DNA from: Octopus bimaculoides
Lineage: Eukaryota
Length of the DNA: 64,000 nt
Direction of reading: 5' to 3'
Assembly (NCBI RefSeq): GCF_001194135.2
Contig: NC_068999.1
Coordinates: forward strand, 49,157,381 to 49,221,380
How positions within the stretch are numbered: the stretch's first letter is position 1; each line of letters opens with the position of its first letter. The translations under genes were made by a program, and so were the position numbers. Below, piece by piece: positions 15,301 to 26,430 of this stretch. The notes beneath the pieces were generated by a model. The model ran no database searches and had not been told where the DNA came from. It was given only the letters and a program-made list of their open reading frames with translations.

Positions 15301-16007
15301 CAGTTTATCAACTCCTTTACAAAGAGTACTAGGGACATTATATGATCCCAGCACTGAGAGAGATTGGTTCATTCACACCTCACTTTGAGTGAGTGCGAGT
15401 TGTTGGTTAGTACCAGAACAGGAGGTTTGGTGCTTTGTAGACAGTATTCTGAAGTCAGATATATAGACTAGGGAGAGGAAATAGGAAGGAAGCAACGCCA
15501 GCAGAGAGGCTTGAAGTGGGTAAGGGGAGTAACTGTATATCGGGAATACTCAATAAATAATAGGGTGTATGTTTGATAGACCTAGAAGAGGAATAGAAGA
15601 GAGAGAAATGATATCAGGTGGACATGAGTGGGAGGATGAAAGAAAGGAGCAGTAGCATGATGTAAGCAGTAAGGTGATTTAGGATAAAGTTGAGTAGGCA
15701 GTGATTGATTAACAGCAGAGGTGGATAAAGGTACGGGTGGATTATGGGATAAGAAAAGGACTATGGAGGCACAATGGCCCAGTGGTTAGGGCAGCGGACT
15801 TGCGGTTGGAGGATCGCAGTTTCGATTCCCAGAACGGGCGTTGTGTGTGTTTATTGAGTGAAAACACCTAAAGCTCCACGAGGCTCTGGCAGGGGATGGC
15901 AGTGACCCCTGAAATCTTTTAAAAAGGCAGAAAGTTGGCAGAAACGTTAGCATGCCGGGTGAAATGTTTAGCAGTATTTCGTCTGCAGCTACATACATAT
16001 ACATATA

Positions 16008-16042
<35 letters not shown>

Positions 16043-16053
16043 GTATGTATGTA

Positions 16054-16090
<37 letters not shown>

Positions 16091-16337
16091 ATATATATTT
16101 AGAAAGTTGTTTGTTATGGCCAGTCAGAGAGTGGCCATTGGTTTCACACCTATAAAGCATTTGTTGTATAGGTGACTCATTAGTCATTTGAGTCTGGCGA
16201 GTCACTTACACAAGTAAGTACTTTATGAGTGTGAAACCAATACTCATCTTTGATTAGCAATAACAAATAACCTTCTAAATATACTACTATTCTAATGTTT
16301 TAGAGTGTGCTTCTCATCTGGATATATGAATTACTGA

Positions 16338-16382
<45 letters not shown>

Positions 16383-16392
16383 NNNNNNNNNN

Positions 16393-16436
<44 letters not shown>

Positions 16437-16501
16437 CAAATGGATGTCTTATAAAACTATTCCGTATATACAATAACAGTCATACCAACAATCCAGCATA
16501 C

Positions 16502-17540
16502 CTCCATCATGAACTGTCCCACGGGTATCACTATGGTTTCGACATCTGGGCAGTACCATTCAATCTGGCGGTGTCAGCAGCACTAAAATAAGTGTTGTTT
16601 GGGAACAAACATACTTTAGATATCACCACATTCATTCAATCTTAATTCTAGGAAGGATTAAACACTAACATTATTAATTAAACTACAACAAAGAAACACA
16701 TTTACCCTATGTACAATATTACTGGTAAATAAATTCTATAAGTAAACTTATAACTAACTCCTAAATTATCTAACTAAATAGCAGCCTAGCCCTTGAAATC
16801 CAAGCAGATAATATTCCCACCAGTCTTGTGGGTGTGTGGTAAAAAGCTTGCTTCCTAACTGCATGGCTCTCAGTTCAGTCCCACTGTGTGTCACCTTGGT
16901 CAAGTGTCATCTACTATAGTTTCGGGCCAACCAAAGCCTTGTGAGTGGATTTGGTGGATGGAAACTAAAAGAAGCCTGTCATATGTGTGTGTGTGTGTGT
17001 GTATTTGTCTCGCCACCACCCACTTACCACTTGTCAACTGGTGTTGGTGTGTTTACATCTCTGAAACTTAACAGTTTGACAAAACAGACTGATAGAATTC
17101 GTACCAGGTTTGAAAAAAGGAAAAACAAGACCAAGGTCTATTTCTTTGACTAAAATTCTTCAAGGCAGTGCTTCAGAATAGCTGCAGTCAAATAACTAAA
17201 ACAATTAAAAGCTCTATATGACTAATGTAATTTTATCCAATCAACATGCTTCTTACAATATCCAAAGGAACCCAAGATTTGAAACACCATGAATACAAAA
17301 ACAAACTTGATATTTTATATTAGTAAAAAAAAAATAAAAAAAAAAATTATGTGAAAAACAATTTATGTTACAAGTTGCTATCTCTGTAGTTTGTCATCTA
17401 TCCTCAGCCGTCACAGCTCCAAACAGGAATGCTTCTAGGTTTTCTCACGAGAAAAATTCCACACAATGTCTTCAACTTTGGATAGTATTAATGCTTTTTT
17501 CTTTTTTTGCCCTTCCCTTGTTTGTGCACCAACGTCAAAG
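16502..17540 (-). other. Candidate exons of a divergent spliced transcript (17540-17449, 17305-17257, 16582-16502)
   Basis: Each has a minus-strand acceptor (TTTTTTTTATTAAACAG; poly-T + TACTAAT...CAAG; TTATTTTAG) and donor (GTGAGA, GTAAGA, GTATGC). Spliced, they give an open frame FDVGAQ...MSKP*. No homology recognised. Confidence 0.33.
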
Positions 17541-19134
17541 CTGTTTAATAAAAAAAATATACCCCCCCCCACAAAAAAAAAAGCTAAAACCCATCAGAAG
17601 TAGCTGATTTTAAACTTTATAAACACAGCCCTTTTTTTCTCTACTTTTTTTCACTCTTTATTTTTCTCTGTCTTCCTGTTATCATTCCTTTCTCTAATCT
17701 GATATTCTTTTATTCTTTAATTCTTTTTATTGGTTTCAGTCACTGGACTGCAGATTTGTTGGAATACCATTTCAAAGGCTTTTTTTTTTAGTCGAAAATA
17801 TTGACCTCAATTCTTATTTCGGTTTGAAACTTATTTTATCAAGATCTGTTTGTCAAACTACTAAGTTATGGGAGATAATGAGACACAGTGTAGACAGGGA
17901 CACTACTTTTTAGATGGGTATAAACATAAACACACACATATCTATTTACTTGCATATCTATATATCTCTTTCTTCTACCCCCCCTCTCTTGCAATACACA
18001 GCTTGGTCTGGGAATCAAAATCACTACGTCATAATTGTGAGCCCAATGCTCTAATCAGCAAGCCATGTGCCTTCACATGTGTACACTACATCATATGAAA
18101 TGTGAAGAATTCCAGACAGTACCCCACAATCTAAAACAAGTTAACTTGGTTTCATATCTCAAGTGCACATGCACAGAGCAGAATATAGTTGACTCCCTTA
18201 GTTTCATTGAGGATATATCAACCTCTCTAGAACTGGTGTGATGAAAAATGCACCTGGTGCACTCTGTAGAGTGTGGTTGGTGATGGTTGCAAATACTCGT
18301 TAAAATCTATACAGACTTGGACTGTTGGGAGTCAGGCTTCTTGATTATGGACATAATAGAATGTTGGTGATAAGATATAAAGTATTGATTGATTGATTGT
18401 TGAAAAATTTATTGATACCTTATTGATTTGGCCATGTTTGATTCCCCATCATTTTAACATGTTAAAATGAGTGGATCTGTAAGGTAACATCTCTCTATGT
18501 GCTGATTCTGTATACTGGCATTATTAGAGATCCAATCAAATCATCATCATCATCATAATGAGCAAAGAAATCACAAAAACGTATCAAAAGATACTTTGGA
18601 AAGATTGACTTGCTATTCCAAACTTTTGAAAGTGGGTATGTGAAGTTCCTACTGATCTAAAGTGTACAATGAATTTTTGTAGATGTGACACCCTAGCTAA
18701 ATATCCTGTTTAGTAAGTCATTAACAAATGAAAAACAAAAATCATCAGAAATGGCAGTTCCATTCAACCCTTACATTACCATATTTCTGTTAACATACAT
18801 CATCTTTGTTGTGATTAATTCTGATGTTAGCGACAACTTTAGTAAAATTGCTTTGTCATTATTAAGCTGGTATTTGAAACATAAATTTACATGAAATTTT
18901 GATGCAAGTTATTAACCATTTAGTTTTCGGATAACTCTGTCAAATGTAATGCTTATTCAGTTATACTGTAACATTTAAGAGCTGAGGAATTATGTACATT
19001 ATTTGCATTTGATGGATATTTGTCCTCATCTTGTTTGTTGTTAACACAATGTTTTGGCTGATATACCCTCCAGCCTTCATCAGGTGTCTTGGGGAAATTT
19101 CGAACCTGGGTTCTCATTCCTAAGGTATTTTTTG

Positions 19135-19347
19135 ATGTTGTTGTTGTTGTTGTTCTTCTTCTTCTTCTTATTATTCAGGTCACTGCCTGGAATCAAACTC
19201 GGAATCTTGGGGTTAGTAACCCACGCTCTTAACCACTACGCCCACAGGCATATGGCGTAGTGGATAAGATATTATCATTATTATTCAGGTCACTGCCTGG
19301 AATCGAACTCGGAATCTTGGGGTTAGTAGCCCGCGCTCTTAACCACT
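19135..19347 (-). mobile_element. Two short tRNA-head-only SINE copies with (AAT/AAG/AAC)n tails, plus a + strand stub
   Basis: Reverse complement reads GGCGTAGTGGTTAAGAGCGCGGGCTACTAACCCCAAGATTCCGAGTTCGATTCCAGGCAGTGACCTGAATAATAA (consensus of the two copies). A and B boxes present; no pairing acceptor stem. Confidence 0.75.
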
Positions 19348-20199
19348 TACATTATAAGCCATTGTTTCTTGCTAAGAATCATCAGAGATTTTAACCCTTC
19401 CATTTTTATATTTCTTTTAAAATATACTGTCTTTATTTCAATTAATTTTGAAAATAATGGAAAGGATTAAGCAGTTGTACAATTAGATCGTTATAAATTG
19501 AATTTGCTACAAATAGAAATTCCAATCAGTGGCTTGAATTACAAATTCACTTTAAAATTATGAGTGCCAGTCTGGAAAATGGATGTTAACTGATGATGAT
19601 AATGAGATGATGATGATGAAGAAATGCAAAAGATGCAGCTTTCAATTCTTGGAACACTCTTCTCTCAGTGAAATGAAACCTCAAAAAGACATGATAAATG
19701 CTGCAAAGATTATTGTTTATCTGAAGTAAGATGGAGAGATATCTAACTCAAAAATAAGTCTCAACATGGCTGGAATTGTTGAAGGAGTCAAGGATTTAGA
19801 AGATTTAGATGCTGATTTTGATATATTAGCAAAGGTTGCATTTCAATACTTTCTTTCAAAATTAAGTAATTCACATAATTTTCTTTCAGCATATTTTAGC
19901 AGTGTTATTTTGTTGAAATCTTGAATTAAACAGTAATTTTCTTTTGGCAACACTGCTTGAGACATCACATGAGAAAATAAAAAGATATATTTTCTGTTCA
20001 AGTTAACCATTAATAAATTACACATGTATATGTATGTATATATATGTATATATATATATATATATATAACACACATATGCCGACAACCTACATATCTTCA
20101 TGATTCCAATACCCAATCAACAGAAATAGAAAGTGAAATTGGACTACCGAGTCTACTAGATTAACTAACAGAGGATCAAATAAAAAAACAACACAAGCA

Positions 20200-21060
20200 A
20201 AAACTAAATAAAGACAAAAAAGCAACAGTTTCTAGCGTTTTAATTTGCCTATTTCGTCACGAAATATTAGCTAACGGAATAGATGTATTCATTTCGATAA
20301 TATTTTGTATCAAAATTCGACCCATTAAATTGAAATTAGGTTTTCTCGAAATGGTAAGAGATTAATTGCTTGCTGAGAAAATGCACTTGTCAAAGTCGGT
20401 AATTATTACCCTTATAGTCATCTGTAGTTTTCATTTAATGAACATATTTTCTCCTGTTTCTCCAGGCGTTCTTTTTTTTCCCCGTTTATTCAATAGTAGT
20501 TTCGTAAAATAATTTTTCTTTTCTAAAAACAAATAAAGCAAACAAAATATAATATACGTTTTTTTGAGTAATATTATATAAGATATTTTTTGAAATTACA
20601 ATAATCCACAATATCAGCCGGAGAGGAAAACAAACCATTTTTATTTATTTATTTTCCCCATCATTCCTCGTCTTGGAAGTCGTCAAGCATTTGATTAAGC
20701 ATACGAACATGGCGAGTCCAACGGACGGTGACTGCCTCAATGATCCCAACTTCGCTGTTATCTGTTCCTTTATAGACAAATTTGGGGATAAACTAATACT
20801 TCCAGAGATATCATTCGAGGATCTACAGGAATCCATTGAAAACACCAAGGCAGGTAAGGCTATACAAAGGAATCGCCTCTCTTGAGGCGCCGGTACTGTG
20901 GGTGTTTGTCCGTGTACATTCAACACACATATCACATCTCCATTTAATATTTACATCCAGAAACCACACACGCACACAAACACACACACATATATGCTCG
21001 CGATCTTTTATTCCAAGCTAGCCATTTTATAAGATATCTTTAACCGTTTTCATTCTAGCT
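20200..21060. promoter_or_regulatory. RSF1 promoter / 5' region, locally CpG-retaining
   Basis: Surrounds the start codon, lacks recognisable SINEs, and CpGs reappear after a CpG-poor block. TSS not determinable from sequence. Confidence 0.55.
20709..20853 (+). CDS. RSF1: RSF1 coding exon 1 (MASPTDGDCLNDPNFAVICSFIDKFGDKLILPEISFEDLQESIENTKA), start of DDT domain
   Basis: gaacATGG start; CAG|GTAAGG donor at 20854; 145 nt, phase 1. Confidence 0.9.
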
Positions 21061-21712
21061 CCTCTCTTCCGTCCATACACACAGACACACACACACATTT
21101 GCATTCATCTAGAAACTAAAAACAACTGCCTTCTCCACCATATTAAGAGACGTTAGTAGTACTAGTCTTCGTGCATTTTCCCTTTTTATTAAAAAAATAG
21201 ACACATTATTCTTCGAGTCTGGACAGTTTATTGGATTCGGTTTAAACCACTTTGTTATTAAAATTACATTCTGTAGGCCCCGGGGGGGATGGTTGGAAAT
21301 CAAAATCGCCCTTAATTATTATAGTATTAATAATGATTAAATGTTAAAAAAACACCTGCATCTTTCTCTTATATAGTTTTTAGGGTAATTTATATTTTAT
21401 AGTACTTTTTAAAATTCTTTTTGATCCTAATTTGTTTTTTTGTTTTATTTATATTTGTAGAATAAGACGAATAATAACGCGTGCACATATATATATATAT
21501 ACACACACACAGTCACACATTAAAGTGAGTAGCTGCTGCTGCTGCTGCTGATAGCACAAATAATATTGTGAGCTGAAACAGATAAAATATAAACAGCAGC
21601 AATTAACTACCAATGGACCTTCCAGCTTAGAACAAGCACCGATGTATTTGTGTGTCTGCATATACAAATATCTATCTATCTATATATATACATACACACA
21701 CACATCAGTATG

Positions 21713-21774
<62 letters not shown>

Positions 21775-23175
21775 TACGTGTACTCTAAGTTTATGGGAAT
21801 TGCTTGTGCTTGAAGCTTTCCCTTCTATCCTTTCAACCTACTTTTTTTCTTCTTCTTCCTTCCTCCACCTCTTTAAAAATGTTGCCTTAGCTACGATCGT
21901 AGTATTAGCAAATATATGAAAAAAAGGTACTAGTCATATTTGAGAAGGTATAAAATAAAAGATGGCAGGAATGGTTGTGAAGACTAAATGGTAAATGTGC
22001 CTGAACTATTATATATATATATATATAATGTGTGTGTGTGTGGTGCTTTCTTAGGAGGATGGTAGGTTAAAAAGGAATATATATTTATGTATATATATAT
22101 ACACACACACTTGTAAGTGTGTAAGCTGTTGGGTTAGGAGATGTCTCAGTATTGGCTGTAGTATTGAACACACACTTCTCGCGCACCACTCGCTACCCAT
22201 TTCTTGTTTAGCCGCTTCGTAAATCTCGCACTCTTCTAGTAGCCCTGCAAACACACCATAATATAACAGCGATTTTCAAATAAATCGCCATCACTGTTGT
22301 GTGAGTGTAATATATGTACGTATATAGCCAGGCGTTGGAGGGTTTTGTGTTTTATATATATATATGTATATGTATTCATATGTGTGTGTGTACGATTGTG
22401 TTTGGTGGGGAAATAAAAGACGGTGTGTGTGGGGAAAATAGATGAACGATACCAGCCCATTTTCTTTCTATCTACCACGATGCAAAATATTTTTATTGTT
22501 CATACGACATTTTTTTCGTATCTCATTTTTGTTATTGGTTTCGCTTGAAAAATGGGGGAATTTTTTTTTTGTAAAGATAGATTTACATTTTAAAACACAG
22601 ATTTCCGACAAATAGATTAAAAAAAATATTTGGATTTAGACTGATATTTTTTTTCAATTTATATCGATTCAAGAGCGTTATGTTAATTTAATATTTTTTT
22701 TCCGTTATATTTTCCCCATTACTCCAGTTCTACTAAATTTTATTATATTTTCTAGACTTAACTGAAAAAAAATATGTAAAATGTAAATATATTTCTGTTC
22801 TCGACTCGGCGAAACTTCCCCCTTTACCCCTCAGGCGTAAGTCAGCAATCTACGAGGAGGTGTGTATGTGTTCTATTTCGTAGCCACTTACCACCGTGGT
22901 GTTGGGTCCAACTGCTACCACAGCTCAGAAAGATGCACATTGTATAGTGTATGTAAGTGTGTGTGTCTCTGTTTATTAGTGTTTGTTTGTTTTTCTTTCT
23001 TTTTTTTTTACTTTTGAAGGGACGTAACTCTAGATTCTGTTGCTCAATAAACAATAAACTGTTACGTATGATGATTAATCTACCGAAATGGTTCTTTGCA
23101 ACACTGTTTTTTGTTGGTCTCTCTTTCCTTCATCCCCCGATACAATCATTATTTTGTCCCCCCCCCCCAAAAAAA

Positions 23176-23527
23176 NNNNNNNNNNNNNNNNNNNNNNNNN
23201 NNNNNNNNNNNNNNNNNNNNNNNNNNNNNNNNNNNNNNNNNNNNNNNNNNNNNNNNNNNNNNNNNNNNNNNNNNNNNNNNNNNNNNNNNNNNNNNNNNNN
23301 NNNNNNNNNNNNNNNNNNNNNNNNNNNNNNNNNNNNNNNNNNNNNNNNNNNNNNNNNNNNNNNNNNNNNNNNNNNNNNNNNNNNNNNNNNNNNNNNNNNN
23401 NNNNNNNNNNNNNNNNNNNNNNNNNNNNNNNNNNNNNNNNNNNNNNNNNNNNNNNNNNNNNNNNNNNNNNNNNNNNNNNNNNNNNNNNNNNNNNNNNNNN
23501 NNNNNNNNNNNNNNNNNNNNNNNNNNN
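23176..23527. other. Assembly gap (largest in window)
   Basis: N-run. Others at 12384-12449, 16383-16392, 26131-26140, 32814-32831, 37727-37751, 51667-51676, 55009-55181 and 60800-60976. Confidence 0.98.
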
Positions 23528-23693
23528 ATATATATATATATGCGCAGGCCTGTCTGTGTGGTAGGGAGCTTGATTCCCAACCACATGGTTCAGTACCACG
23601 CAGAGGTACCTTGGCAGGTGTTTACTATAGTCTCGGGCCGATTTGATAGACGGAAGCTGAGAGAAGCCCGTCGTATATGTGTATATGTGTGTG

Positions 23694-23728
<35 letters not shown>

Positions 23729-25674
23729 CTTTGTGTCTGTGTTTTTCCCTCCATCACCGCTTGACAACCGGTTTTGGTGTGTTTATGTCCCAGTAAAGTT
23801 ATGTTACGGCAAAAGGGTGTGATAAAAAAAGTACCAGTCTTAAAAAATAGAAGTCCTTGAGTAGATTTCTTCGATTAAAATCCTTCAGGGCGGTGCTCTA
23901 GCATGGCCACAGTCAAATGACAAACAAATAAAAGAACTATATATCTGCGCTCCTGTTCCTCTAGCATACATTCACAACCCTGGGTACTATACACCATTCC
24001 GTCGAGGGATCTTTCTATTGCGGGTACTTGCTGACCTCACCTGTGTTGGTGTCATGGAAAGGAAGCATTCACTATGCTCTGTGAAGTGGTTGGCATCACG
24101 AAGTGTATCCAGCTATAGAAACCATGACAAAGCAGACATTGGATCTCAGTGCAGGCCTCTGATTCGTCAATTTATGTTGATGTGCACAACCCAGGCCAGC
24201 ATAGAAAAGGGGATGTGAAAAGATGATGATGACTTCTATCTGTTACTTATGGCAAACTTTAGATGCTCATTCGGTTTTGCTACCCAGTATAAAAAACCCC
24301 TTCGGTCATGAATGGTCATGGGATTGCACCGAGGAAGTTACCCTCCGAGACACAAATCTGAGCAAGGTTGTTTATGGAAGACCAGCAGTCGCCCCTCTCC
24401 ATGCCACCGATGTCATCCAAGGGAAAGGCAAAGCGGCAGATACAGCTTGGCACCAGTGATGTCGCAACTTATTTCTACAGCTGAGTGAACTGGAGCAACA
24501 TAAAATGAAGTGTCTTGCTCAAGAACACCACACACTGCCTGGTCTGGGAATGGAACTCACTACCTCATGATTGTGATCCTGTTGCTCTGACCACTGAGCC
24601 ATGTGCCTTCACATGTTACATAGTGATAAGTGCAAAACCTTTCCCATAAGTTAACAATGCATATCTTAGACGCTCCAGTTATTCTTCATGATTCTGATAA
24701 TTACAGATTTTGAATTTATTGGTTTTATTTTCAAGTCAATTAGTATGGCAAGCATAGTTTAAAATATTTAATTAATGTGTGTTTCTTCCCCCCCCCCACC
24801 TCTCCACCAACAGTTTGGCAAGTGGTGTTGGTTTTTTTACATCCCCATAACCAAGCGGTTTGGCAAAAGAGACTGATAGAACAAGTGCCAGACTTGAAAT
24901 TAATAAGTACTGAAGTTGATTTGTTCATCTAAAGCCCTTCAAGGTGGTGTCCCAGCATGGCCATAGTCCAATAGCTGATACAAGTAAAAGATAAAAGATC
25001 TAGAATTTATACGATTCATTTTAAATTTTAAGACTTGTTGATTTTGTCAGGAAGCCAAGACAGGTATCAACCCATACACCAGTTCCTTTTGAGATTATTA
25101 AGCTAGGCTTGGTTGTGTGAGGTGCACCTGTTGCAGAACATGTTACTTCCAGTTTGCTATTTGGTTTCCCTTTTTATGTGGATGAATGCTTGGTGTTTGA
25201 TGGTCATCATGTTGAAGAAAGATCATCAATTTTGATAATTCTTGAATCATAGTGCTACTCATAGCTTAAAAACAAAAATGTATTAGCGACAGAGACAGTG
25301 CTAGTAGTGATGAAAGATATATCCTTAACTTTTTTTGTTTTTCTTTTTAGTCAGAAAGGAAGGCCCTGTCCATGACCCTTTAAGGAGGTTTCTGAGACTG
25401 GAAAGAAGAAGGGAGGGAGGAAAGCATCCTTAAACCAGAGACATAGCCAGAATGCTTGCAGCAGGGTGGTTTTGTCTGTCAAAAGCATCCAAGGTGCCTG
25501 GTGGTTGTTATGTTAATCTGGGTGATGGATTATGCCTACTTATTATTATTTCCAGTGACTTTGCTGTTCATCCTTTCGGGCTAATAAATTAAGTACCAGT
25601 GAAACATTGGGGTTGATGTAATCGATCTATCCCTTCTCCCAGAATTTCAGACTTTGTGCCTGTAGTAGAAATGA

Positions 25675-25721
<47 letters not shown>

Positions 25722-25723
<2 letters not shown>

Positions 25724-25945
25724 GGCGGCGAGCTGGCAGAACCGTTAGCACGCTGGGCAAAATGCTTAGCAGCATTTTGTCTGTCTTTGTGTTCTGAGTT
25801 CAAATTCCACCGAGGTTGACTTTCCCTTTCAACCTTTCGGGGTTGATAAATCAAGTACCAGTGAAACACTGGGGTTGATGTAATCCACTAGTCCCCTCCC
25901 TCAAAATTTCAGGCCTTGTGTCTATAGTAGAAGGAATTGTTATTA
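25722..25945 (+). mobile_element. SINE family 'A' copy after a (TTA)n tract
   Basis: High similarity to the 39421 copy. Confidence 0.8.
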
Positions 25946-25964
25946 GTTTGTCTGTTGTTGTCGA

Positions 25965-26430
25965 TGTTGACCAAGGACATAACACGCGAGACGAAGATGG
26001 GTCATAGTGTGTGGGGGTGGTTGACCAGTCCAATGTGTGCTCAGAAGACTCTGCTGCAAGTCAGGCGCTGGTGGTCTGCTGGAACTGAAGGCAAGGAGTT
26101 GGGGGGGGGGTCTGGGCTTTGCACAGCTCGNNNNNNNNNNGGAACTGAAGGCAAGGAGTTGGGGGGGGGGTCTGGGCTTTGCACAGCTCGTGTTTTCTCT
26201 GTGCTTCTGCTTTGGTTCGTAGAAGGTGGGACCTCTGTTGGTGCAGTTTTACCAGGCAAGGTGGTCTTGTGCTTGTGCTTTCCAGGTATCAGGGTTGATC
26301 TCAAAGCTCTTCAGTGAGGCTTTGAGTGTATCCTCAAAACACTTTGTCCTCCATGTGTGTGCTTGCCTCCTGCTAGTTCACCATAAAACAGTTTCTTTGG
26401 GGAGTCTCGTGTCACATGATGTCTAGACAA
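25965..26430 (-). mobile_element. Decayed RTE-clade LINE, ORF2 C-terminus
   Basis: Frameshifted peptide PKKLFYGELAGGKHTHGGQ..CFEDTLKASLKSFEINPDTWKAQAQDHLAW...TCSRVF*AHIGLVNH, matching the RTE/BovB-type YGEL motif and the terminal CCHH-finger remnant. Confidence 0.82.

Noticed and set aside
16433-16591. HExxH (HELSH) metalloprotease-like motif in a + strand ORF
   Set aside because: The ORF is preceded only by (TA)n, has no acceptor, ends at once, and lies antisense to a better-supported candidate exon. A chance motif.
16502-17540. Multi-Sec selenoprotein reading of the minus-strand candidate exons (L-U-R-W-C ... S-U-R-H-C ... C-C-U-H-R-Q-I-E-W-Y-C), with three TGAs and no TAA/TAG in that frame
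   Set aside because: All three TGAs arise as xxT-GAx across codons of the alternative fully open frame (TTT GAC, GTT GAA, GCT GAC), the usual out-of-frame pattern of ordinary coding DNA. There is no match to a selenoprotein family I know, and no SECIS was seen by eye. SECISearch3/Seblastian would settle it.
22957-23767. Long ORFs spanning N-runs (also 54786-55313)
   Set aside because: Open only because Ns are translated as X.
26080-26190. 50-bp direct repeat flanking a 10-N gap
   Set aside because: The identical duplication on both sides of a gap at a poly-G run looks like an unmerged contig overlap, an assembly artefact.
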